A stretch of 63,918 nucleotides of DNA, the filler included, from Chiloscyllium plagiosum (lineage: Eukaryota): assembly GCF_004010195.1 (NCBI RefSeq). It is 4 parts of one record of this genome, joined end to end, with 100 filler letters (N's around TTAATTAATTAA, not from the genome) between each part and the next. Parts side by side here need not be neighbours in the genome. Positions count along the whole stretch, not along the records: positions 1 to 31,906 come from NC_057710.1; 3 more parts are not named here. One strand, written 5' to 3'. Made by a program: the position numbers and the translations under genes. Positions 1 to 12,479 of this stretch are shown here, in pieces. How positions within the stretch are numbered: position 1 is the stretch's first letter; the number at the start of each line of letters is the position of its first letter. Below the pieces are notes generated by a model. The model was given only the letters and a program-made list of their open reading frames with translations. It ran no database searches and was not told the origin of the DNA.

Positions 1-280
1 TTTAAATTTCTGCCTAACTCTCTGTAATCTCCCTTCAGAATTTCAACCTTTCCCTTCCTATGTCATTGGTTCCAATGTGGACAATGACCTCCTGCTGGCT
101 GCTTTCCCCCGTGAGAACATTCTGCACTCTCTCTGAGTCATTTAAATTTCTGCCTAACTCTCTGTAATCTCCCTTCAGAATTTCAACCTTTCCCTTCCTA
201 TGTCATTGGTTCCAATGTGGACAATGACCTCCTGCTGGCTGCTTTCCCCCGTGAGAACATTCTGCACTCTCTCTGAGTCA
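1..280. repeat. Exact 140-bp tandem duplication
   Basis: 1-140 is identical to 141-280 (tttaaatttctgcc...ctctgagtca). Confidence 0.95.
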
Positions 281-1410
281 TCCTTGATTTTGGCACTAGG
301 GAAACAACACACCATTCTGCTTTTTCTCTGCTGGCCACAGAAACGTCTGTCTTTACCTCGGACTACAGAATCCCCTAACACAATTGGTCTCTTGGAAACT
401 GACGTACCCCTCGTTGCATGAGAGCCAGTCTCAATACCAGAAACTTGGCAGTTTGTGCTATGTTCCCCTGAGAATCCATCACCTCCTACATTTTCCAACA
501 CAGCATACTTTTTTGAAATGGGTATAGCCACAAAAGACTCCTGCCCTAGGTGCCGACCTCTCTTACCCTTGCTCGAGTTAACCCATCTATGTGACTGTAT
601 CTGAGACTTTCCCCCCTTCCTATAACTGCCATCTATCACATACTGTTGCTGTTGTAAATTCCTTATCGCTTCTATCTGTCTCTCCAACTGATCCACTCAA
701 TCTGATAAAATTTGCATCCAACAGCATTTATGGCAGATATAATCCATAGTAACCCTTAAACTCTCTTTAAACCCCCATCTGACAAGAAGTACATATCACT
801 GCAAAGGGCATTTTTGCTCCTTCACAATCCACAGATCCAGAAAATAACACCGTCTTATTCCTCTACAAACACTGCCCCATGTTAAATTAACAGCTGTGGC
901 TTATATTTTAAGTTTAATCAAGAGACTTATCTCCAAAAACGTATAATCAAGAAAGAACCCACTGTACTCACTAATACAGCCTCTCTCTTGGACAGACTTA
1001 AAACTACAATTAACTTATCTGATTCTGTGCTGTGAACTTCGCCCAACAGTTCCTCCAAGATTAGTTGTGAATTTCACTGTTTGTTAATTTTCCCAGATGC
1101 ACTCCGATGTCCAATGATGCATGAATTCAAACAGCAAAGGCAGTAACTGTGCAGGTTCTCTCTCTCTCTCTCGCTCTCCTGCACTGTCCTCACCATGTAC
1201 TTCCTTCGTCTGCTCTTCTCCCTTTTAAAACTGCTGTTGTTTCGACTTTTTTTTCCAAAGTTCCAAAACAATGCAACAGCATATATAACATTAATTGCTG
1301 CTCCTGGAATTCGAGAAAATCACCTCCAGCACCTAATATACCACAAAAAAAGGAGCAGTTCTTACAGGCAGAAATTTTTCCCATCTTCTATTTTAGATTA
1401 CCCAGAATCC
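1..1410 (-). mobile_element. CR1 LINE, 5' portion (5'UTR + degenerate ORF1: C4 zinc finger, coiled coil, SGNH/GDSL esterase)
   Basis: ORF 175..696 contains IVLGDSVVR and VIVHIGTND esterase blocks; ORF1 ATG near 811; 5'UTR closely matches the + strand copies at about 30262 and 40575. Confidence 0.9.
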
Positions 1411-1429
1411 TGTTTCGTCACCACACTAT

Positions 1430-4400
1430 CAGTGCTGTAACTGTACCAGCCTCTACCACTTCCTCTGGCAGCTCATTCCATACACTCACCACCATCTACA
1501 TGAAAAAGTTGTCCCTTAGGTCTGTCTGAAATTTTTCCTCTCTCACCTTAAGCCTGCGCCTTCTAATTCTGGACTCCCCCACCATGGGGAAAAGACCTTA
1601 ACTATTTACCCTATCCATGCTCCCCGTGATTTTATAAACCTCTATAAGGTCACACCTCAGCCTCCGATGTTCCAGAGAAAACAGCCTTAGTCTATTCAGC
1701 CTCTCCCGATAGCTCAAATTCTCCAACCCTGGCAAAATCCTTGTAAATCTTTTGTGAATGCTTTCAAATTTCATAATATCCTTCCTATGGTAGGGGGACC
1801 AGAATTGCACACAATATTCCAAAAGTGGCCAATCCAATGTCCTGGAAAGCCGCAACAGTACGTCCCAACCCCGATACTCAATGCTCTGACCAATAGAGGC
1901 AAGCATATCAAGCATCTTCATCACTATCCTATCTGCCTGTTTCAAGGAGCTATGAACCTGCACTCCAAGGTCTCTTTGTTCAGCAACACACACCAGGACC
2001 TTACTATTAAGTGTAAAAGTCTTGATTTGCCTTTCCAAAATGCAGCACCTCACATTTTATCTAAATGAAACTCTGTTCATCACTCCTTGGCCAATTGACC
2101 CATCTGATCAAGAACCCATTGTATGCTGAGGTAACCTTCTTCGCTGTCCATTTCACCTCCAATTTTGGTGTCCTTTGCAAACATACTAACTGCAGTTCCT
2201 ATGTTCACATCCAAATCATTTATATAAATAAAGAAAAGTAGTGGACCCAGCGCAGATCCTTGGTGGCACGCCGCTGGTCACAGGCCTCCAGTCTGAAAAG
2301 CAACCATCCATCACCATCCTCTGTCTTATACCTTCTAGCCAGTTCTGTATCCAAATGACTAGTTCTCCCTGTATTCCATGTGATCTAACCTTACTAACCA
2401 GTCACCCATGGGGAAGCTTGTTTAATGCCTAACTGAAATCTATATATCAGGTCCACTGCTCTGCCCTCATCTCTCCTCTCTGTTTCTTCTTCAAAAAACT
2501 CAATTAATTGTTTGAGATGCTATTCCCTATGCATAAAGCCATGTTGACGATCTGTAATCAGTCCTTGCCTTTCCAAATACATGCGAATCCTATCCATCAG
2601 GATTCCCTCCAACAAATTGCCCACTACAATGTCGGGCTCACCAGTCTAAAGTTCCCTGGCTTTTCCTTACCACCTTTCTGAAATAGTGGCACCACATTAG
2701 CCAATCTCAGTCTTCCGGCACCTCACCTGTGACTACTGGTGATACAAATATCTCCGTAAAGGGTCCAGCAATCACTTCCCTAGCATCCCACAGAGTTCCC
2801 ATCAGGTCCCAAGGATTAATCCACCTTTATGCGTTTTAAGACATCTAGCACCATCTTATCCATAATGTGGACATTTTTCAAGATGTCACTATTTATTTCT
2901 CCAGGTTCTCTATCTTCCATATCCTTCTCCACAGTAAACACTGATGCAAAATACTCATTTAGTACCTCCCCCATCTCCTAAAGTTCCACACATAGGTGGC
3001 CTTGCTGATCTTTAAAGGGCCCTATTTTCTCCCTCATTATCTTTTGTCCTTAATGTATTGTAGATTCCTTTTGATTCTCCTTAACCCTATTTGCCAAAGT
3101 TGTTTTATGTTCCCTTTTTTGCCCTCCTAGTTTCCCTTTTAAGTTTATTCCTACTGCTTTTATACTTTTCTAGGGAATCACTCAATCTCTGCTATGTTTA
3201 CCTGCCATTTGTTTCCTTCTTATTCTTGACCAAAACCTCAATTTCTCTAGTCATCCAGCATTCCCTCCAACTACCAACCTTACCCTTCACCCTAACAGGA
3301 GCATACTGTCTCTGGACTCTTATTATCTCATCTTTGAAGGTTTCCCATTTTCCAGCCATCCCTTTACCTTCGAACATTCACCCCCAGTCAACTTTTGAAA
3401 GTTCTTGCCTAATACTGTCTGAATTGGCCTTCCTCCAACTTGGAACTTCAACTTTTAGATCCGGTCTATTCATTTTCCTCACTATATAAAAACTAATAGA
3501 ATTGTGGTCACTGGCCCCAAAGTTCTCCCCCATTGATACCTGCCCTGCCTTATTTCCCAAGAGTCAGTCAGATTTTGCACCTTCTCTCGTAGGTATATCC
3601 ACATACTGAATCAGAAAGTTTTCTTGCACACACTTAGCAAATTCCTCTCTGTCCAAGCTGAAACTCTATGGCAGTCCCAGCCTATGTTTGGAAAGTTAAA
3701 ATCCCCTACTATAACTACCCTATTATTCTTATGAATAACTGAGATCTCTGTACAAATTTGTTCCTCAATTTCCCATTGACTATTCAGGAGGTTTATAGCA
3801 CATTCCCAGTCAGCTGGTCATCCCTTTCTTAGTTCTCAGTTCCACCCAAATAACTTCCCTGGATGTTTTCCCAGGAATATCCTCCTTAAATATAGCCATA
3901 AAGTTATCCCTAATCAAAAACGCCACTCCCCTTGCCTCTCTATATCCTTCCTGTAGCATCTCTACCCTGGAACATTGAGCCACATCTCTGTAATTACTAT
4001 GACATCCCAGTCCCATGTTTCTAACCAAGCGCTGAATTCATCTGTCTTCCCTGTTAGGCCTCTTACATTGAAATAAATGCAATTTAATTTATCAGTCCTA
4101 CCTCATTCTCTACTTTGTTCCTGCCTGCCCTGACTGTTTGACTCTTTTTTCCCAATTGTACCAGTCTCAGATTGATCCCTTTCCTCACTATCTCCCTGGG
4201 TCTCACCCCTTACTAGTTGATATCTTCCTGAGCATCTCTAGCAAATCTCCCCACCAGTATATTAGTCCCCTTCCAATTTAGGTGCAATTTGTCCTTCTTA
4301 TATAGGTCACTTGTATCCCAGAAGACATTCCAATGATCCAGAAATGTGAATCCTTCTCCCCTATACCAGCTTACAAGCTATGCATTCATCTGCTTTATCC

Positions 4401-4910
4401 TCATATTCCTACCCTCACTAGCTTGTGATACTGGGAGTAATCCAGACATTACAATCCACAAGGACCACAAAGACTGCTTGACTTCCTATATTCTCAGAAT
4501 GTCATCCTTTTCACTTTCTATGTTATTAATTATTATAACGACTTTCTGCTGGTCCCTCTCTGAGATATTTTTGATCCTGACTCCAGGGAAGCAACACAGT
4601 GATGTCTCACTGTCCACTGCAGAATTGTGTGTCCGTGCTTCTAACGAGAGATTTCCCTATCACATTCAATCGCTTGGAACCTGGCATACTCCTCATTACA
4701 TTAGAGCCTGTCTCAGTAGCAGAAACCTGCCTGTCAGTGGTACATTCTCACAGCAAACATGTTTGAGATAGGGATTGCCACAGAGGACTCCTGCATTACC
4801 TGCCTCCCTCTCTGACCTTTAATGGAGATCACCCATCTACCTGACTGTATCTTCAGTTTATCTCCCTCCCTGCAACTGACATCCATCACAGCCCCTAGCT
4901 CCTGGAAATT
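1430..4910 (-). mobile_element. Older, degenerate near-full-length CR1 LINE (ORF1 remnant, APE endonuclease, RT, 3' region)
   Basis: Minus-strand ORF pieces RDLGVQVHSSLK...LEYCVQFWSPY...RLRCDLIEVYKI (1598-2053), GASDHNSISF (3378-3560), GVAFLIRD...IWVELR (3810-4028), VAIPISN (about 4760). Confidence 0.9.
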
Positions 4911-5554
4911 AAGTCCTTTGAGTTTATAAAGCCACTGGATTATCATATATGGCTATAACTTCAAATATTACTCATTCAGTTGTGAATATTCTGGCAAAAT
5001 AATACAAACCAATTGCAAATTGAGAGACACTTAATTGACAAAAATGGAAAATTTGGTTTGGTACCTTCAATGATAATTTTGTACTGCATAAATGGAATCA
5101 CTCTTTTTAGTTTAAATGTACAAACCATCACTACTTTGTTTTCTATTAATTGTAAACAGAATACTCCAGACCTGCTCATCCACTGTTTAAAAAAATTCTA
5201 TGTATTTCATCCAATAAGGTTGGCACTTCAGTAGTCTTAGGAATGGAAAAAAACTTCAGCATTTCACAATTGTAGTCATAAAGTTGGGTTAATGATTCTT
5301 ACTGCCAATGTTTTGATAAGTGCTGGAATTAAGCCCTCAGTGAATTGAAACAATCTGAACAATTGACGTACTAGAAGGCCAAATAGTAAACGCTTGCTGA
5401 TTTGAATTGACCAAGGTCCACTTGAATTAACTGTACTTAAATCGTGTAAGTTAAAAGCAGCCTCACTTGTCAATATGAACTTGATGCAATGGCTGACTAC
5501 TTCTGGCAATAGAAAGGTAAAAAAAAAATTCAAATTTAACCTGCAGTTAGATTT

Positions 5555-6240
5555 TACATAGAATTTTACAGCACAGAAACGGGCCCTTCGGCCTATGATG
5601 TTATGCTGAGTATGATCCCAAATTAAATTAATTCTTTCTGTCTGCACTTGGTCCATATTCCTCTATTCGTTGCATGTTCATGTGTTTATCCAAAAGTCCC
5701 TTAAATGCCCCTATTGTATCTACCTCCACCACGACCCCTGCAGTGCATTCCAGACTCCTACCATTCTCTGTGTAAAATAGTTTGCCCCTTACATCCTGTC
5801 TGAACTTTCCTCCTATCATCTTAAATGCATACCCTCTTGTTTTAGACATTTCAACTCTGGGAAAAAGATTCTGACGGTCAACCCTATCTATGCATCTCAT
5901 AATTTTATAGATTTCTAACAAGCCTCCCCCAGGATCTGCAACTCCAGAGAAAACAAGCTGAATTTTTCTCATCTCTCCTTATAGGTCATTCTCTCAAATG
6001 CAGCAGCATCCTAGTAAACCACCTCTGCACCACCTGCAAAGCCTCCACAATCTTCCTATAATGTGGCGACCAGAATTGAATGCAATACTCCAAGTGTGGC
6101 CTAATTCAAGTCTTATAAAGCAGCGACCTGACATCCTGACTCTTGTACTCAATTCTCTGACCAACAAAGGCAAGCATGCCATATGCCTTTTTTTACCACC
6201 CTATCTACTTGAGTGGCCACTTTTAGGAAACTATGGCCTT
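5555..6240 (-). mobile_element. CR1 LINE 3' fragment
   Basis: ORF 5628..5972 LLEIYKIMRCIDRVDRQNLFP...TRGYAFK; ends in a ttctatg-type tail at about 5555-5565. Confidence 0.85.
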
Positions 6241-6399
6241 AAACCCCATGTTAGCCCATATCAAAACATCTTCTGTGACTTAATTGCATTTATAGTTAAT
6301 CAGAGTAATTATGGACTCAAATAACTTCTCACAATTATTGACGATGAGGGGCCAATATGCTCCCATAAAGGGGAACCAACAAATCTGGAAAAATCTGTA

Positions 6400-6900
6400 T
6401 GTTGAGGAATATACAAGATTGGATAAGGAGAAGAAAAGGGATGATTATGGTAGATACTAAGGGCTTAAGGCAGAAGCCTTAGAGAACTATAGAAAGAGCA
6501 GGGAGTTAATTTAGAAAAAGAAATAAGGAAAGCAAAGACAGGATAGGAAAAAAACAGTGATAGTTAAAATAAAGGAAAGTATTATTTATAAAAGGCAAGA
6601 GCCTAACAAGGGCATGAGCAGGACCCATTGAGAACCAAAGTGGCAAATTGTGTGGAACCAGAGATGTAGTTAAGGTTTTAAATGAGTACATCTCTATTCT
6701 CTGTAGAGAGGTATAGAAATCAGGAAGGAGGACTATGATCTACTTGAACAAATTGAAAGTGAGGAGGTATTGCCAATTTTTCAGGCTTGAAAATTGATAA
6801 TATCTCGGCCCAGATAAGAGGCTTCCCAGGCTGCTCTGAGAGGCAACTGAGGAGAATGTGGGGGCTCTGACATTAATTTTCAAATCGTCTCTCACTCAGG
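6400..6900 (+). mobile_element. Degenerate CR1 ORF2 internal fragment
   Basis: Similar to the EN-RT linker of the CR1 at about 43000-43550 and to 45600-45990. Confidence 0.65.
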
Positions 6901-7006
6901 AGTACCTGTATACCATTTTATGTTTTATACGTTAAACCTTTGGTTACAGACCCACAAGCCAGAGCAAAACTTACTTCATCTTTCTTCATTCCTACTTCAT
7001 TTATAC

Positions 7007-7236
7007 TGTAGTGAGTGGAACCAGGGCTGGGTGGATCTCATTGACTATGAAATCCTTGATTAGGGCTGGTAATCTGGGCCAATCAGGGAGCCCTGGCTGA
7101 CAGATCATAACAGGTGATTGAGAGTCTCATGATTCTAAGGACTGGCTCTGAGCTGGCTGGTCAGAGACACATATTGTGCACATGTAAATAGAGGGTGACT
7201 TGGTGGCAGGATGCTGACCTCTGTGCAATTATTTCA
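7007..7236 (+). mobile_element. Short solo-LTR-like element (about 230 bp)
   Basis: TGTA...TTTCA termini, flanks TATAC/TATAT (possible 5-bp TSD with one mismatch); diverged second copy at 35165-35391. Confidence 0.6.
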
Positions 7237-7469
7237 TATATTGCATACTTAACTTTGATCTTTTAATCTCTTTTGCTCTCAATGAAAACATTCTAATGTT
7301 CTCCAAGGGAAGCCTTTGTCTCTGGTTTCATCTGGTTATCCTCACCTGTACCCATTCCAAAAACTTGACGTTCCTCTGAAAGCACGCTGTCCAGAAATGT
7401 TAAACATTACTTCATTGTACTTGTATTCAGTGTCACCTCTATAACACCATGAATGACATGCTTTTTCTT

Positions 7470-7560
7470 GATTTGGAAGTGCCGGTGTTGGACTCGGGTG
7501 TACAAAGTTAAAAGTCACACAACACCAGGTTATAGTCCACCAGGTTATATTTGGAAGCAT
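7470..7560 (-). mobile_element. Penelope-like terminal repeat fragment (family B), truncated before the hammerhead motif
   Basis: Overlaps, as reverse complement, 33541-33595 (cttccaaat..acctg.tggactataacctgg.gttgtgtga.ttttaacttt). Confidence 0.65.
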
Positions 7561-7935
7561 TAAACAATATGTATTCAGAATACGTTTTTGGGAAATTTAG
7601 TTTATTATTTATTCATGTTGAACCTTTTTTAAAAAAATTAACTGGGCATATAGTTCTAATTGGTTAATTAGATGCATAATTAAATATTCACTGAAATTAG
7701 TTTAACTACTCCCTGTGGTGGAGATTTGTAAAGTTTCCAAGCTGATGGTTTCCGTTGTCACGTTCCCAAGAAACGTATTGGAATGGGTTGAGTACTTGGG
7801 TCATATTTGAATAGAATATAAGTTTTCTATTTTGAGAATTAATCCACAAAGTCTGTTATCAAAGCTGAGGACCCTGGTTTTGGTGCTTTTCTTCTTAAAA
7901 ACATGATTTTACACACTTGTTGTTCTTTCTTACAG

Positions 7936-8143
7936 GTACCTGTAACAACTTAAGTTACAGTCTGTGTGAAATACTGCCCTACAATCAGACTACTGTACCA
8001 CCCTATCTTTCAAACTACAGCAACACCGACATGGAAATGTTCATCCGCTTCTTCAGTCAGCTTAACCTTTTGCGCTGCTATCAACATATCATGCTGTTTG
8101 GTTGCAGCATTGCTCTCCCAGAGTGTATCAACAGCACTGAGAG
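7936..8143 (+). CDS. CORIN: Corin (atrial natriuretic peptide-converting enzyme), internal exon encoding the N-terminal half of frizzled domain 1
   Basis: tttcttacag acceptor, gtaggt donor, 208 nt. Translation TCNNLSYSLCEILPYNQT...MEMFIRFFSQLNLLRCYQHIMLFGCSIALPECI aligns with human corin Fz1 (...CQMLPY...MEKFLKFFTYLHRLSCYQHIMLFGCTLAFPECI). Confidence 0.95.
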
Positions 8144-10189
8144 GTAGGTGAGCAGGTAAACCAGTGGTTTTCAAATTGTGCAGAAGGAGATGTATCCTGC
8201 TTGTCTTTATTGGAGATATCTGTCAGCCAGATAATAAGATTTTGTAATATTATCATGCAAATACTGAATGCTTTGGGACCAAATTTCTTTTATATCTTGT
8301 ATTATAGAGGCATTTACAATAATAAATAAATGCTTTCTTTGAAATTGTACAGGAATTTGAAATGAATGCATTACCTATACTTCAGAATAACAATATCATT
8401 TTCAAAATATCTGAGTATTTACTGACATCACTTTGGGGAAAGTGTCAAGTCCTGATAGGTATGGGTTATACTATGCAAACAAAAAGGTTAATGCGTGAAG
8501 TAAGGAAAGGTCATTGTACATTGAACCATAACTTGATCTGGCTATTAGGTTAATGCCAAAATGCTTTATGAGGCTTCTGGCATAATGTAACCATTGGCAA
8601 TTTCTGATATCCCCTTCATCCTTTGACTACACATTGCTTGTTCATACAAGGCTGACCATCGTGTGTGAAAATGAATTTAACTTCAAAGTATTTTGGGTTT
8701 TCAAAAAGTAACTTGTTCATTTTACTGACTGACAGTTTTCATTCCCCCCACCCCCACCCAGTAAACATTTTCAATTGGATTTTAATTTCCTGTTTGGAGT
8801 TTTATTCACATGATCAGTTAATTATAAAATTTTTCGTAAACACCATTTTCGTGCGTGTTGTTTGAACTGTAGTTTGATTGTTCTTTGAACCATGAAGTGG
8901 CCTATTCATTATGTCCAGGCTATAGACAAACTTAAAGAGCTCAAAAATGATCAGTTTTGCATTCTTCTTTTAAGTTCATCAAAAATGCAATTACATTCCT
9001 CCTTACGTTTCACTGGATTAAAGATATAATTTACCTGTAAAGCAGTTTTTTTAAAGAACTTAGTAAATTGGTCTTTATTGTTATGGATCGTTTGTGTTGG
9101 AAAATCAGCATTTGGCTGAAGGACATTCTGGGTTTACAACCCTCCTCCTTTCCAACTCCTCCAAAAAGGTGTCCAATGCATTCTTCAAAAACCTTGGAGC
9201 CTGCTGTCTCCTATGTTGTGCCATCATTCAATTTTTTTTCAATGCCACAGTGGCTTGTACAGCTACAATGTACCTTCCCTTTTAAGCAATGCTTGCTGGC
9301 TTGAAATTATCCTAAACTGTCATGATCTTGGGAGCTTTTGGTTACGGTGTGCAGTCGCTGAACAGTGTGTACTGCATTAGCTGAGGGCAGCAATCATGGC
9401 CATGGGCAAACAGCATGACTTGCATCAAATTGAATGGGGGAAGGGGGCAACCAGGACAATAGAGTGGAAAGAATTTCTTGTCTCCTTTTTTTGAATGATT
9501 TATAACTGGCATAATGCTGTAACTATCTTGAATCCCCAATAATATGTTATGTAGGTTCTTATGAGCCTTAAACATCAGATGAGATCAAACACCTCAGATT
9601 TCCAATTCAAGGTGTTTATTAAGCATCAAAAGGTAGAATTGTACCGAGTTAAAATGTTATACAATATTTTAAGGAATAGCAAAAAGAGATAAAACTTAAC
9701 ATATCAATGGCACAGACTTTCTTATGACTCTTTCAGGTAATCAGGCTGAAATGTGTTGTCCTCTTCTTAGCACTGGATAATAGGTTAACAAAATACCTAT
9801 TTGTAATCTTTTTTTAAACCCTTAACTCATATCTTCTTATCTCAAATTAGTATAACTGTCAAACATTTAGTTAACTTAAATGTTTGTTCATTATTGTTGG
9901 TTCCTGACCCATGAAAGATTTCCAATACATTGTAACCAGGCTATTTTATTAATGTTTCAATATTGGATTTTTGTATAACATTTCAATACTACCCTAATCT
10001 TTGTTAAGACAAATGAAACTGCACAAGGTCAATAATTAATTCTTCATTTTGCATCTCTTATTTCTGTCTTGGAGAAACACAATTTTCCAAAGTAAAATAT
10101 ACAAAATGTATCTTTATGTTACATAAAACACCAGGTCTTTTGTTACAGGTTATATGTCAGCTTTTATTAATCTTTTATTGATTAATTAT

Positions 10190-10800
10190 AGAATCATCCA
10201 GTACATAAGAGGCCCTTTCGCCCATCAGGTCTATACTGCCAAAGCTACACTAAATCTACACTAGTCCTACTTTCCACCACCTGATCCATAGCCTTGAAAG
10301 TTATGACATGTCAAGTGCTCATCCAAGTAATTTTTTTAGTCTCTCAACCTTTTTCTGCCTCAATTACCCTCCTAGTCAATGCAATTTAGATCCTCATCAC
10401 CCTCTGCTACATTTTGCCAACCAACCACCCATTTATCAACCACTTTCTAATACTTTCCATATATTACATTAGGCTTAGACCTTAGCAATAGGCCATTCTG
10501 TGGGATTGTGTCAAATGCTGTCCCAAAGTCCAGTTGATCCCACTTGTGAAATCTGTTAGTTATTCAAAGGAATCAAATAACTTAGTTGAGCACAACAACT
10601 CATTTGTAAAACGGTCTGATTATGCTGGATTAGCTCATGACTCTTAAAATTACTCCCTTTAATATTATCCCTATAATACTGAAAACAGTGGGAGTAAAGT
10701 TTACAGGTCTTTAATTTGTTGGTTCATCTAATGCCCATTCTTCTGGAGGAGAGTTCATCCGTTGGGCATTTATTTGGGAGCTGTTATTTCACAAAGCTCC
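10190..10800 (-). mobile_element. Highly decayed CR1 3' fragments
   Basis: ggccctttcgcccatc 3'-end motif and RT-like gtgtcaaatgc...aaagtcc remnants. Confidence 0.55.
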
Positions 10801-12479
10801 GGATATGGCCTCAGTTCAAGTGAACTCTTAAAAAGAATCTGCAAGGTGAAATTCCCTTCTATTGTAGCAAATAATTTAGATGCTGGTCTACAATAATAAT
10901 CCTATTAAGCCAGAAGTGAATGTTGACATTATTGAGCCATACAAAGCAAATTCCTATCCTTATTATTTTAACATTAATATGTTCGCGTGGCATTCTTTAA
11001 AACAGCAGAGAAAGGAAATTGGCTCAAGTATATTGCAACTGTTAATGATAGCAATTTCTATCTTATTGATTCAAACATAATGTATTAAACTTTATTTTAT
11101 GTCAAACAAAATCTTTGTCCTTTAATGAATATCTGTTACAATAATCAAATTGTAGAAATTAACTATGATTTTGGTGTGTGTGTGTATACGTGTATACGTG
11201 TATGAGATGCATTTTGGTTTAGTGTGGGGAGAGGAAGAGCCCCCACAAACATTTGCTGCTTTGCTGTTTGAGTGCAATGTATGATTGATCAACCAAATTG
11301 GAGTAGACCATCGAATTAATCAGGAGAATAAGCAAAAATGTGGTGACTTCAGAGCAAAGAAGCTGCATGGCCACACGCATTTTGAGTTTACACTTGTCAA
11401 AAATACCAACCTTTTTAAAAATCTTGACTGTTTTAAAGAAGCACTTGAAAGAAGTGAAATTAATTAATATAAAGTACATTACACTATCCAAGTGTTTGAT
11501 ATTGAAGGAAGAAAAGAGAAAAATATATGTAACATATTTAACTTTGATTTTTTAACAAAATCAATCAATGAAAGTTTGTGAAAACTGTCAAATCAGTTAA
11601 ATATAACTATTTCAGTCCCAGGATGTTTGTTAGGAAAATTATTTGAAAAATGGCATGGATGACGTCGTTGCAAGATTTTAACATTATGTAACTAGTCATG
11701 TCAATTCATAGAGAGCAATAATCTTAGGCTTGTCAAGGTCAAAGCAGTGTTGAGGACTACATGCTATTATAAGGTTAATTCGCATGTATGGTTTGTAAAA
11801 CGAAACAGAATCTAAGATAGTTTTTAGCTTTTTCAATTTATTGCTATTACTACTGGGAGCAAAGAAGTTGCATGGCCACAGGCATTTTGAGTTTATGCTT
11901 GTTTGTTATTTTGTAATGTAGTATTTTTAGAATTTTTTCCATATCATTAATGTTTTCATCAAATGCTCTTAAAAATAAATTAAACTAAAGATCCACTTAT
12001 TTGTAAATTCCTAAGTAACAATTAAGCTTGTTACTATAAGTTTTAAGTTCGATATTCTGTGGTTTTCTTGGGACAAAATGTTGTATTGATATGCCAGCTC
12101 ATGAAGAAAGTTATTGCCAGGATCCTATGTAATTGTAGAAAACTACAGGACCTGCTTGGTCTAATGGGTAGAAGAAACCACTTCTTCTTCTTACTAGAAG
12201 AGAATCTTATATTTAACATGATATAGTTCATTGCATATTAGCAACTAGTTATAGGTTGCATTAAGTTGCCAGACATTGTTACGGAGACTTTGAGGCAGAC
12301 TAGATGTTAGGTGTCACAGCCCTCAAGTCAATATGACATCTTTGTGGGTGGTGCTTATGACACCCCTCAGGATTAACCTTTCTTCGACCTATATAAGCAA
12401 TCCCCCTCCAAGCATTTTTCCCCACTATGAATATTATACTTTAAGTATATAACTACAGTTACCTCTACCTCATTTTTCC

